This document shows, in pieces, positions 1 to 8,996 of a DNA stretch of 34,193 nt. The notes under the pieces are model-generated. The model saw only the letters and a program-made list of their open reading frames with translations. It was not told the origin of the DNA and did no database searches. The translations under genes were made by a program, and so were the position numbers. Positions within the stretch are counted from its first letter, which is position 1. Every line of letters begins with the position of its first letter. Origin of the DNA: a virus (taxonomy: Duplodnaviria > Caudoviricetes); IMG/VR virus record IMGVR_UViG_3300007516_000067, positions 1-34,193 of that record, one strand, 5' to 3'.

Positions 1-1814
1 AACTTTTCAATGAACTCGGCAAAAGCAGCGCCACCCAGAACGAGATCTGGCATCTTGTCAAGAATCGCGCCGACGCCATCTCTGATGCCCTGCATCGACG
101 ATTCGAGCGATTTTTCTCCGCCGGTTTTAAGGATTGCTTTAACAATGTCTCCAATAATTTGAAGAATTATTTTAAAGCTAGCCCACGCCGTGTTGAAGTA
201 CTCTTGTAACTTGCCACTGGCCAAATGTTTCGCAGTAAAGTCCTCGAAACCCTGCGACAGCTCAACGAACCAGGCGAGCATGCTTGTGCCGGCGCCGTCT
301 TCGCCAGTAACCGCGCTGCCCATATTTCTAAACGCGCCGATGAGGTTTCCAATTACGTCACCAAAAGCGGCAGCGATATCGCCGGCCTTGTTAAACATTT
401 CTGTGATGCCGCCTATATTCCCTTGCGCCTTGTCAGCCCATCCACCGGTAATTAGAGCAACCCAGTCAGTGAACCGTCTAATCAGCGGGCCAGCAGCTTC
501 CCACAGTGCAAGAAGAAGTCTTGATATGTTTCCAAATATATCACCGGATTTCTCAACAACATAGATGTTCGTATCCATCACAGATCGAATGCTCTTTAGC
601 GTGGCGTCAGTTGTAAGCGCCCCCGCGAAGTCCTTTATCGCATTTCCAGCAGCGCGCCCGGTCGCGATCATTTTTTCTCTGACCAGCGGAAAGAGTTTAT
701 CCATAAGCAGGACTATCGCTTCTTTTACCGGTGGAAGCATGGCATCAGAGATAGACGTTTTCATTTCCTTAAACACCGGCGCCAGCCCTGCAATAAACTT
801 AGCAAAATCAGCTTGAATATCCGAAAGCCCAGCTGTTGGATCACCGCCGCCAGCGGCACCACCGCCACCAGAGTTGCCTTTATCCAGGTTATTGTTGGCG
901 ATAGTGAGCCCACGTTCTGCCGCATCGAACTCAGCTCCGGCCCGCCTCCTGGCCTCGATAGCGTCGAGAACTTCTTTAGAGTTTGCCTTCTCTTCTTCGG
1001 CGCTCCGCGTGCCATTGGCGGTTACTTCTTTAAGTTCTGTATTTAAGTTTGTTGCTGACGCTTTTGCTTTACGCAGGTTAAGATCAGCGGAAGCCATTGC
1101 AAGCTCGGCCTCTCGCCTTGCGCGTGAATTTGGTGGAAGATCCTGCACGCGTAACAATGTTTCACGCGCCTTTTCAAACTCAATCGCCGCTCTTTTTTCG
1201 CTGATAACGGCGTCTTCGCTACTGAACTTAAGCGCTTCTATTCGCTGTCGAGCGATCTCGTACGAGTCTGTGAGCCGGTCTACGGCCTGTTTCTCGTTGT
1301 ATCGCGCGTTAGTAAGCCGATCTTGGGCAGCCGCCTGCGCGGCGATAAGCCCTGGCATTTTATCGACGCCTGTGGCACCACCGCTGCTTTTCTTTATTAG
1401 CCCACTTACTGCTTTACCGATGCCAGAAAAACCCATCTTCACAGCGATCATTCCTTGCAGAAGTCCGCCGATGACGCCTGTAAGTGCGCCGACCGCTGGC
1501 GCTGCCGCCAACGCTTGCAATCCAAATATGGTAACGCCGGCCGCTGCCGAACCAAGCATTGGAACAAGCAGCCCAACAGCTCCTTGAAGTATGTAGCTTT
1601 TCTGAATTAATGCGTTTACGGCATCGGCCGTCGCCCTCGACTTTCGCTCAAATGACGACATTCCTTTGTTTGCGCCAGACGAAAAAGCATTTCCAAGAGA
1701 GTTTCCAGCATTTTGTCCTAAATTGCCCATGCCGCGCATAGACTGCTGAACCTGCTGCGTGAAACCCGTTGTGATGGCGTTGACAACAATGTAGGCACTA
1801 CCGACTACTGGCAT
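1..1814 (-). CDS. Tape measure protein (3'-truncated at window edge; absent from ORF track)
   Basis: ATG at 1814 (MPVVGSAYIVVNAITTGFTQQVQQS...), strong SD upstream, and an open frame to the window edge (...DGVGAILDKMPDLVLGGAAFAEFIEK). Ala/Gly-rich amphipathic helices and coiled coil; lies directly after the tail assembly chaperones. Confidence 0.92.
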   Translation of the reverse strand, partial: MPVVGSAYIVVNAITTGFTQQVQQSMRGMGNLGQNAGNSLGNAFSSGANKGMSSFERKSRATADAVNALIQKSYILQGAVGLLVPMLGSAAAGVTIFGLQALAAAPAVGALTGVIGGLLQGMIAVKMGFSGIGKAVSGLIKKSSGGATGVDKMPGLIAAQAAAQDRLTNARYNEKQAVDRLTDSYEIARQRIEALKFSSEDAVISEKRAAIEFEKARETLLRVQDLPPNSRARREAELAMASADLNLRKAKASATNLNTELKEVTANGTRSAEEEKANSKEVLDAIEARRRAGAEFDAAERGLTIANNNLDKGNSGGGGAAGGGDPTAGLSDIQADFAKFIAGLAPVFKEMKTSISDAMLPPVKEAIVLLMDKLFPLVREKMIATGRAAGNAIKDFAGALTTDATLKSIRSVMDTNIYVVEKSGDIFGNISRLLLALWEAAGPLIRRFTDWVALITGGWADKAQGNIGGITEMFNKAGDIAAAFGDVIGNLIGAFRNMGSAVTGEDGAGTSMLAWFVELSQGFEDFTAKHLASGKLQEYFNTAWASFKIILQIIGDIVKAILKTGGEKSLESSMQGIRDGVGAILDKMPDLVLGGAAFAEFIEK

Positions 1815-1820
1815 TTGTCA

Positions 1821-1830
1821 TCACCTCCTT
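1821..1830 (-). promoter_or_regulatory. Shine-Dalgarno AAGGAGGTGA of tape measure gene
   Basis: Plus-strand tcacctcctt, 6 nt upstream of the ATG at 1814. Confidence 0.85.
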
Positions 1831-1876
1831 CCATCGCGCTGTCTTACAATATTCTAAACTACTCTAGACTACGCGA

Positions 1877-2295
1877 CTACTTAAGCGGGGCGTCGAGTAC
1901 TCTGCCAAACGGCAGCGGAGAATCGGCGTCAGGGACGGTAGAAGGCACATATGGTTTAGTGGTGTAGGACTTTTGGAATGGGTCGACTGGGACAATTCCA
2001 TAGTCATCAGACAGATCATCCATTGGTAGTTCTATGTTCTGGACGCCACTCTGCCCGTATGCGTAAGTCCGCCCATACATGTCGCGGTATATCGTCGAGC
2101 GAATACTGTCACGAGCCTCGAGTTCTTCTTTAGACGCGAACCCGGTCGTGTCCTCTTCAAATAAAAAGTGTATAAAATCGAGAGCATCTTCGCTATCGAG
2201 TTCTCTGATGTTTACGCCTAACGATATTGCTTTACCATTAATAAAAGGCCACAAATCAACTGCCCAAGTTAGGAAACTAATGGTAGTGGCGTGGG
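1877..2295 (-). CDS. Tail assembly chaperone C-terminal (T-like) frame, probably made as a -1 frameshift fusion with the upstream chaperone
   Basis: Overlaps the end of 2269..2610 in the -1 frame; its nominal TTG start (2323) has no SD; lies between chaperone and tape measure. Confidence 0.7.
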
Positions 2296-2610
2296 GCGTT
2301 TTGCGTATTCCTCCACTAACCAAGCAACAATGTCGCTTAACTGCTCAACATCGATAATTTTGTCCTCACTCAGCGTGAGTGCCGTGAATCTTTCAAAACT
2401 TTCTTTCAAAAGCACGATCCCAAAAAACTCACTAATCAGTTTTGCAGCTTCAGCAGGATTTTCCTGCGCGTTAGATCGCGCGATAAGATCAAGCAATACT
2501 TTGCCTTGAATTTTTGGTTTGCACTGAAAGTCTTCGCCGTGCAGCGAAAAATGCAATTCCTCTACGGGCTTATCTTGGTCTCCTGTCCCAAAATCCTTAA
2601 ATCGTGCCAT
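2269..2610 (-). CDS. Tail assembly chaperone (G-like)
   Basis: 113 aa, SD AGAAGGAG, ends ...WLVEEYAKRPT, a C-terminal pattern typical of actinophage chaperones; position upstream of tape measure. Confidence 0.8.
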   Translation of the reverse strand: MARFKDFGTGDQDKPVEELHFSLHGEDFQCKPKIQGKVLLDLIARSNAQENPAEAAKLISEFFGIVLLKESFERFTALTLSEDKIIDVEQLSDIVAWLVEEYAKRPTPLPLVS

Positions 2611-2668
2611 AATATGTTTCTCCTTCTATGTTTTGCGTCTTGAGGTACTTCCTCGTTTGTTTACTGTA

Positions 2669-3064
2669 TTATCGTACCATATATAAAAACGATGAGAGAT
2701 ACTTATTCGGCCTCGTTCCAGGATGCATAACCGATCGCGCGTACACTACGCGGCCTGTATTTGAAAACCTCAAATGCCCACCCGGCTTATTCGCAGTGAT
2801 AATGTGCGGGCGCGTCCCTTGATGACGCATATAGGCGTAGTCCAACCGTGATCCCACAAGCATTTGTTGACCAGCCAGCGTAGTTTCCATAGAAATACCA
2901 ATCGACGCAGCAAGCGCACCAGTCCTCTTCCCAACTTTTGCCCGTGCCGCTGCTTGGATAGAGAGTCCGCGCTTATATAGATATCGTCCGACGTCGCCTG
3001 AAGGATCCTTGAGCAGATGGAACAGTGGTGTGTTGTACCAGGTGATCTGACTATAGCGTGACAT
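2669..3064 (-). CDS. Tail completion/neck protein (HK97 gp10-like); start revised to ATG 3064
   Basis: Basic protein with RTGALAASI, YAYMRHQGTRPH and VMHPGTRPNKYL motifs; ATG overlaps the upstream stop (TAATG). Confidence 0.7.
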   Translation of the reverse strand: MSRYSQITWYNTPLFHLLKDPSGDVGRYLYKRGLSIQAAARAKVGKRTGALAASIGISMETTLAGQQMLVGSRLDYAYMRHQGTRPHIITANKPGGHLRFSNTGRVVYARSVMHPGTRPNKYLSSFLYMVR

Positions 3065-3567
3065 TACGGGATTGCGATCGTCAACTGCATAGAAACGGTC
3101 TGGTACCCACCCAACGGGGGTTGGATATCTACTGTCGCAATTACACCTACACCGAATGACCCTGGCTCCCATTGATCTAGCGTATTTATCGAAGACAGCA
3201 ATACATACGCGTCAACGGCGGATATTGCGGCCCCTTCTGATATGCGCTCGGCTGTTGGCGCACGGCCACTCGTGCCTACCACAGGGACTGCTCTAGAAAT
3301 AGATATTGCCATAACAGCGCTTCTCACAGTGTTGCACCTCTGTGGCGACGCTGCTTCGTCACCAGGCGGCCCCAAGTATATTTGTATGAGCGCAATAGAT
3401 AACTGATCGCAGTCAACAGCGGCCTCACCCATCGTCCAGTACTGCCTGTCTGGTAGTGGCACATTGTGCGAGGTAAACACACTTACAACTGTGCTGAGCA
3501 CGTTGTCCAATAGATTTTTTAGATTGAGCGCGTCTTCAGAAACATCTGCTATCGATGTAATTGCCAT
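3064..3567 (-). CDS. Putative tail terminator / head-tail connector protein
   Basis: 167 aa, between adaptor and gp10-like gene; ends in a PLGGYQTVSMQLTI beta strand. Function inferred from synteny. Confidence 0.55.
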   Translation of the reverse strand: MAITSIADVSEDALNLKNLLDNVLSTVVSVFTSHNVPLPDRQYWTMGEAAVDCDQLSIALIQIYLGPPGDEAASPQRCNTVRSAVMAISISRAVPVVGTSGRAPTAERISEGAAISAVDAYVLLSSINTLDQWEPGSFGVGVIATVDIQPPLGGYQTVSMQLTIAIP

Positions 3568-3569
3568 TG

Positions 3570-4709
3570 CTAAGCTCCAATTGTAAATATTGGGTCTGAC
3601 GACGGTGCTGCCATTTTTACTCTTAGGTTTCCAGAGCCAATATACACTGTCTCAGTTTCACCAGGTGTTTCGACACTAGGACGTGATGCGTACAGGTCCC
3701 ATGTCCCTGGGTCAACAAGCCCAATAACACTGAGAGCGTCAGCGTACGTTACTAATATGCGAAGCTTATCTTCTCCAATAAGATCTACGACAGCAGACAG
3801 CGGTAAGACAAGTGACCGCGATCCCGACCAACTATTTATGGTTACCTCTGGAATCCACGCGGTGTTAGTCTGCAAGAATGCCGCGTTTAAGTAGATGTAC
3901 GTAAGATCTACGCTTCCAACAGCGCCCTTTATCGAGTTAATGTCAGCCAGCGACTTCACGAGTTTGTCTTCCTTTGGTGTTAGTCTCCGCGGTCTTGCTG
4001 TGTCGGGGCTGAACACCCTGGCACGATTTTTAGCTTTGTCCGGGTTGACAGACTTGATAAACATGTCAACAATGTAGAGTCCTGTCCGACCTTCTTGTAC
4101 AAAGTCTTGAGGATCTAAGATCGTGTATGACACTCCTTGACGAGAAACGCTAGTGATTCGTTGTGGAAGATCACAATCTTCGCCAGACCACATTTTTGCA
4201 AACTCGATAGCGAGCATGCGGGCTGCCATCTTTCCCATTACTGGTGGATCGGCTCCGTACGTATATGTGACTTCGACGTCGCACGGCCTCCAAGGAACAC
4301 CAGTAACCGGTTGAATCGTCGAATGGTCAGACAAGTAGTAGTAATTCGGATCAACTATGTTCCCAAGGTTGTCTCTGACAGCATGTATCTTTGACACTGG
4401 CTTCCCACGAAGCTTGAGCCGCGAGCCTACCGCTATTCCGTCCGCTGACGCCTCGTAGAGACCGTGAGCTGATAGAGGAATGTTCACAACAGAGCCGTTA
4501 GAAAGTCCAGCCGCAGACGTGCCTCTCGAAAGTCCGTAACCATATCCCTGTGTGGCGCATACATAGCGCTCAGTTACTGTTGCCGCACCACTAAACTTTC
4601 TACCAGTCAGCGACCACAGTAGCTGCGATGCCGATTTTGCAGCATCATACGAGAACTCTGTGTCTGAGTATCTACCAAGGTCCGAAGCGCTTACCCAAAG
4701 ACTGTCCAT
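3570..4709 (-). CDS. Head-to-tail adaptor with C-terminal beta-rich extension
   Basis: Motifs AAKSASQLLWSLTGRKF, VEVTYTYG..PP..G..AA, CDLPQRITSVSRQGVSY and GRTGLYIVDMFI..VNP, characteristic of actinophage adaptors. Confidence 0.8.
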   Translation of the reverse strand: MDSLWVSASDLGRYSDTEFSYDAAKSASQLLWSLTGRKFSGAATVTERYVCATQGYGYGLSRGTSAAGLSNGSVVNIPLSAHGLYEASADGIAVGSRLKLRGKPVSKIHAVRDNLGNIVDPNYYYLSDHSTIQPVTGVPWRPCDVEVTYTYGADPPVMGKMAARMLAIEFAKMWSGEDCDLPQRITSVSRQGVSYTILDPQDFVQEGRTGLYIVDMFIKSVNPDKAKNRARVFSPDTARPRRLTPKEDKLVKSLADINSIKGAVGSVDLTYIYLNAAFLQTNTAWIPEVTINSWSGSRSLVLPLSAVVDLIGEDKLRILVTYADALSVIGLVDPGTWDLYASRPSVETPGETETVYIGSGNLRVKMAAPSSDPIFTIGA

Positions 4710-4741
4710 CTAAATCCCTTCTGCGTCAACAGACCAATATA

Positions 4742-4781
4742 AGCGTGGCGCTTAAGTATATATTACTACGAGCGCCACGCT
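4742..4781 (-). terminator. Intergenic hairpin after major tail gene (terminator/attenuator candidate)
   Basis: Perfect 11-bp inverted repeat agcgtggcgct (4742-4752) / agcgccacgct (4771-4781) with an 18-nt AT-rich loop; only a weak U-tract. Confidence 0.5.
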
Positions 4782-4794
4782 CAGACTGTCAAAA

Positions 4795-5841
4795 CTACGA
4801 GACTGGATCTTCTGTAGAAGCGATAATAAAGTCAATCGCGTTGTCCGCGTTGTAGTCAGCGCTACCTGGTACGTTAAATACGCTTGTCGAACCCTGCGAC
4901 GTAAAGTCAGTGACTGCACGACTGTTGGCTGTGACTAGCAGAGAACCGCTGTCTCCAACTGAGCTGATAGTGCCGGTAGTTGATGTAGTGTACGTAATAG
5001 TTGTCGATGTTGGAACAGTCACGACTGTGTATGATCCGTTTAACGCGCTGGCTGTCAGACCACTGATAACGGCTGTGTCACCAATCGCGAGAGTGTGTGC
5101 CACTGAAGTTGTGATCGTAGCTGTAGTGCCTGTGCGCTCAACGTTGCTAACAGTTTTTGTAATGTCAGCGTGCCAAGTGAAGAAGCCCTTGCGGCCAGTT
5201 GGCGCCCACGGTGCGCGAGCGTACGAATACGGCCGCTCCGTTGCGACTGGGAACTCCCAGCGTTCGTCGAGACCAGCACCGAATAACACGTTGCCAATGG
5301 CGAATCCTTCAAATGTGCTTGCGAGCATTCCATTTTCGATAACGCGATCGCCTGATTGACGGAGACGGCAGTATGGGAACACCCAGTGAAAGTACGGAAG
5401 TGTTCCGGCGCGCTTGCCATCCTTAACAGCGAACGACCAGCACTCGATGGCCACACCGAAACCGGCAGGATCATCACCAACACCAGGAGCCGACCAACCA
5501 ATGCTCTTACGATCTGGAACAGCATACGTGCCGAGATTCTTACGAAGTAAGAGACCGCCAGACACAAGATTAGTAAGCTCTGGGTCCGGCTCGCAAATGG
5601 CAAGTTCAAGTGTTACGCGCTTAAGAGTGTCAGGCGCTTTGTATGAAACACAGATCGTCCCGTTTGCCGACTTCTCCGTGATTTCATCACCCTCTTCATA
5701 TTCAGGCGTGAATGACAGACGCATGAATGAGCTGGTTGTATAGCTGTCCCCAGCAGCGTTGAGCAGGTTGCCAGATGCATCAAGCCGCGTTACGCGAACT
5801 GATACGCCTTGGATGCTTGCTGCGTAATCCTGTGTTGCCAT
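4795..5841 (-). CDS. Major tail (tube) protein with inserted beta-barrel domain
   Basis: RVTRLDASG, EYEEGDEITEKSANGTICV, TLELAICEPDPEL and YFHWVFP motifs of actinophage tail tube proteins; strong SD AAGGAG. Confidence 0.88.
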   Translation of the reverse strand: MATQDYAASIQGVSVRVTRLDASGNLLNAAGDSYTTSSFMRLSFTPEYEEGDEITEKSANGTICVSYKAPDTLKRVTLELAICEPDPELTNLVSGGLLLRKNLGTYAVPDRKSIGWSAPGVGDDPAGFGVAIECWSFAVKDGKRAGTLPYFHWVFPYCRLRQSGDRVIENGMLASTFEGFAIGNVLFGAGLDERWEFPVATERPYSYARAPWAPTGRKGFFTWHADITKTVSNVERTGTTATITTSVAHTLAIGDTAVISGLTASALNGSYTVVTVPTSTTITYTTSTTGTISSVGDSGSLLVTANSRAVTDFTSQGSTSVFNVPGSADYNADNAIDFIIASTEDPVS

Positions 5842-5892
5842 TGTTTGTTCTCCTTAGGCGAAATTCTGATATGTGAGCGTTGTAGGTGTATT

Positions 5893-7011
5893 CTACGCCG
5901 TCAAATCGACCTTGATAGCAAGGTGAATTGACTCGTCGAAAGAGGCCATCGCGGCGCGAGTGGCCTTAATTCTTACGTCGTTTTTGTTGCCAGCGACATC
6001 GTACCCATGTGCTACTGTGTCATTGACAATTACTGAGTCACCAACAATGGTTTTTACGCAACCTGTGGCGTAGATCCACTTGGTAGTGTCAGTGCCTACC
6101 ATTTGGACTGTCCCAGTCGATGCAGTATCGCCTTGGTTTGCCTGTGTCAGAGCGGCAGTGAACGTCGTCGTCGTTGGTATGGACGCTACTACAAGTGTCT
6201 GCGTGAACGCTGTCTGATATCCAGCATTTCCACTAGTTACGACCATGCTAAACGTCTCACCCACCGACAAGTGATGGGCTGCCCCTGTTGTAACTGTAAC
6301 AACATTTGTTGTGACAGCAAGAAAAGAGATGTTGCGATGAGGGCCATTGCCACTGTAGCCAGAGCCAACAATGACTGAAGTACCTGAAAGTGTCAGAACA
6401 TGGTGAGGTGCTTCGCTGTTTGGATAGAATGCAAACGTATGGCCGTTGCTGATAAGTAAACTAAACGTGTCTCTAGTTAAGTGAAAGACGCCAGGTTCTC
6501 CGGCTGCAGACACCCTTCCAGCATGGTAATCAAGCAGCGCTATCGCACGCTTAGGAGAATACGACGCACTAGGAGTGGCAGTGACATGGATTATAGTCGC
6601 TGTCTGCTTCGACAAGAACGGATTAGGAAGTCCACCAGCAAGGGCTATTTCGCCATCCCAGAGTTCTTTCTCTAGGCTCTTCTGCGTGACACCTTCAAGC
6701 TGCTTAGCGATTCTTGAAAACTTATCTGCCGTTGGGAGATCAAACGTTGATCTAAAATCCTCAACTTCAATAAAAATTGGCGTATTTTCTTGGTATATCG
6801 GAGATGCTGGGTCAGAAGTCGCAACAAATGATGTTGCCGACGTGTCATCCCACAAGCGCACATAGTTTGGCCTCGTGTCGAGCATTTGAGAAAAACCACG
6901 AACCCACTGTTCGTTGTCAGATTCGGCGGGGTCATTAGGAACTGAAACAGAAAACAACCCGAACGGGGCAGGTGTAATCTCTGGTGACTCAAGTACGCCC
7001 TTAAACGCCAT
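5893..7011 (-). CDS. Second capsid protein (major capsid pentamer-like)
   Basis: Immediately downstream of the major capsid gene; PAPFGLFSV N-terminus, LEKELWDG, GTSVIVGSGYSG and WIYATG..V motifs match pentamer-type proteins of cluster B-like phages. Confidence 0.72.
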   Translation of the reverse strand: MAFKGVLESPEITPAPFGLFSVSVPNDPAESDNEQWVRGFSQMLDTRPNYVRLWDDTSATSFVATSDPASPIYQENTPIFIEVEDFRSTFDLPTADKFSRIAKQLEGVTQKSLEKELWDGEIALAGGLPNPFLSKQTATIIHVTATPSASYSPKRAIALLDYHAGRVSAAGEPGVFHLTRDTFSLLISNGHTFAFYPNSEAPHHVLTLSGTSVIVGSGYSGNGPHRNISFLAVTTNVVTVTTGAAHHLSVGETFSMVVTSGNAGYQTAFTQTLVVASIPTTTTFTAALTQANQGDTASTGTVQMVGTDTTKWIYATGCVKTIVGDSVIVNDTVAHGYDVAGNKNDVRIKATRAAMASFDESIHLAIKVDLTA

Positions 7012-7052
7012 GTGTAACTCTTCCTATCATACAAAATTTTGTAATACTAATG

Positions 7053-7090
7053 TGTATTGGGAGCGCCCATTTCTGGGCGCCCCCTATACA
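7053..7090 (-). terminator. GAAA-tetraloop hairpin between the two capsid genes
   Basis: Minus strand TGTATAGGGGGCGCCCA-GAAA-TGGGCGCTCCCAATACA: 17-bp stem with one G-U pair and one mismatch, starting ~20 nt after the capsid stop. Confidence 0.7.
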
Positions 7091-7109
7091 ATTACAGCTT
7101 CAAGTAGGT

Positions 7110-8996
7110 TTAGTACTCGATTACCGCTGCTGTTGCTCCACCTGTGGTGTCACGGAGGGCTGCTGCCACACCGTTGACCGAGATGGTCGATGTTACGACA
7201 AGCGACTCGATACCAAGCTTGGCAATACCTTCGAAAGTTTCAACGAACATTTTGTAGTCGTTGGTTCCAACAAGGGTAGAGTCACGGATGATTCCGAGAT
7301 CCAAGGTACCACCGTCGAGGAACAAGAACGTTCCTTCAGCGAAAATGTACCATGTGAATGTGTCTGCGAACTCGCCGAGTGCGGCAGTACCCTGTGAGCC
7401 ATAGACGCTCAGGTCGTATGAGAAAGTGCAATCAACTCCGCGATCAGCGAGGTATCCATCAATTTGCCCACCAGCACTCAATGTGCTGTCACCAGGCGCC
7501 GACAGCGTGAGGTCAGCAACCATTGCATCTTTGATCCACGCTGGTGCGATTACGCGCAAGCGCTGTGAAGGATCAAGACGATGGCGGCTTCGCATCGCTA
7601 CGGCTGCACGACTGACCTGAACAAGGAAGTCACGGGCAACGCCGATGAGGCTTGTTGTCGTAACTGCTGTTGAACCAGCGGTCAGTTGGGCTGCCAAGTA
7701 TTGCTCGGCTTCACGGGCGTGCTGAACCAGAGCCAACTCGTTGTGACGAGCAATCAGTTCTGGGTAAGCGCGTGTCATGAGGTTACCGAACTGCAGTTGC
7801 AGCGTAACGGCGTCTGTGAGGACGGTTAATTCCGTTGCTGAGGCTACAGTCAAGCTTGCCTTTGTGGATGGCGCGTCTAGCGAAATATCGTTTGCAGCGG
7901 TCCACACAGCGACTGCGCCAGCATAGCTGGAGAGTACTGGTGGAGCGATGTAACGAATACCACCACGGTCGGCGGCGAAACGTGGAAGCGAATCGCGAAG
8001 TGGTCGGTCAGTTGTGCCAAAACCGAAGATGTCGTACTTGACTTCATGCGGTGTTGAGAAACCACCGGAAGCGACAAGCGCTTCTGGCGATGTAACTGCC
8101 TTGATCTTCGCAACGTTGCTAGCCGCATCTGTCGTGAGAACACGCGATTCTGGGTACTTCGTTGTGATTGATGCTACGATGTGCTGTTCGCCATCGCCGC
8201 CCTTTACACGGCGCAAACCATGCAAACGAGCCGCCATTGCTTCAGCGATATCGTTGGAATCTTTCATTGTTGAACCAGCCGTGTAACCTGGGATGTCAGC
8301 ACCAGCAGTAATGACTGCTAGTTCGAGGACTTCCCGCGCTACTGGACGACGGTCTTCTGGGACTTGGATTTCTACTTCCAAGATTGTTTCATTAACGGCG
8401 GCAGCCACGATGACTTCCTGACCTTCCTGCTCATCTAGAGCATTGCTATCTTCTTGTGTGAGTGTGCTTGCTTCGGCCACAACTTCTGGCGTAACTACCG
8501 CCTCTGTCGCAACTTCTACGATTTCTTCTGCTGTCTCTGTTGAGAGTTCCGCGGCCTCAATTACTTCTGTCGATGCCTCTGCCATTGTTGTTTCTGTTGC
8601 AATCTCTTCTACCGCAAATACTGGGGCTTCAGCGATTTCTTCATCTTCAGTAACTACCTCTTCTTCGAGGGCTTCTAAAGCTACTTCTTCTGGCATTTCT
8701 TCTGGCATTTCTTCTGGCATTGGCGCTACTTCCTCATCTGCTGCTTCACCTTTAACACGCATTGTTGCTTCGGATGCGCGTACTGCGAGTTCTTGTGCAA
8801 GAGCTTCGCGACGCTTACCTTCGGCACGTACGGTGTCAAGCATGTCAGCAAGCTGAGTCATAGCGTCGACTGTCTGTAATGTTGGCTCGTTTCCCTCAAC
8901 CGTTTCGAACTCTGAAACAATGTCAGCTTGCAGCGCGACAACTTCGTCGTCTGTAAGATCAGCCATTGCATCAAGCTGTTGTATAATACGGTCCAC
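7110..8996 (-). CDS. Major capsid (hexamer) protein with N-terminal coiled-coil/acidic scaffold-like region
   Basis: GTG start with SD GAGGAGGG; ~200-aa Glu-rich N-terminus; core begins ALVASGGFSTPHEVKYD and includes LPRFAADRGGIRY and GTLDLGIIRDSTLVGTNDY..F.E.FEG. Confidence 0.9.
   Translation of the reverse strand: MDRIIQQLDAMADLTDDEVVALQADIVSEFETVEGNEPTLQTVDAMTQLADMLDTVRAEGKRREALAQELAVRASEATMRVKGEAADEEVAPMPEEMPEEMPEEVALEALEEEVVTEDEEIAEAPVFAVEEIATETTMAEASTEVIEAAELSTETAEEIVEVATEAVVTPEVVAEASTLTQEDSNALDEQEGQEVIVAAAVNETILEVEIQVPEDRRPVAREVLELAVITAGADIPGYTAGSTMKDSNDIAEAMAARLHGLRRVKGGDGEQHIVASITTKYPESRVLTTDAASNVAKIKAVTSPEALVASGGFSTPHEVKYDIFGFGTTDRPLRDSLPRFAADRGGIRYIAPPVLSSYAGAVAVWTAANDISLDAPSTKASLTVASATELTVLTDAVTLQLQFGNLMTRAYPELIARHNELALVQHAREAEQYLAAQLTAGSTAVTTTSLIGVARDFLVQVSRAAVAMRSRHRLDPSQRLRVIAPAWIKDAMVADLTLSAPGDSTLSAGGQIDGYLADRGVDCTFSYDLSVYGSQGTAALGEFADTFTWYIFAEGTFLFLDGGTLDLGIIRDSTLVGTNDYKMFVETFEGIAKLGIESLVVTSTISVNGVAAALRDTTGGATAAVIEY
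8685..8720. repeat. Perfect 12-bp tandem repeat x3 (ttcttctggcat), encoding MPEE x3
   Basis: Read directly at 8685-8696, 8697-8708 and 8709-8720, in the acidic linker of the capsid protein. Confidence 0.95.

Noticed and set aside
2642-2654. Small hairpin gagg-tactt-cctc upstream of the chaperone gene
   Set aside because: A 4-bp stem is expected by chance.
3065-3172. 5' extension of ORF 2669..3172
   Set aside because: Overlaps the upstream gene by over 100 nt; the ATG at 3064, coupled to the upstream stop, is the better start.
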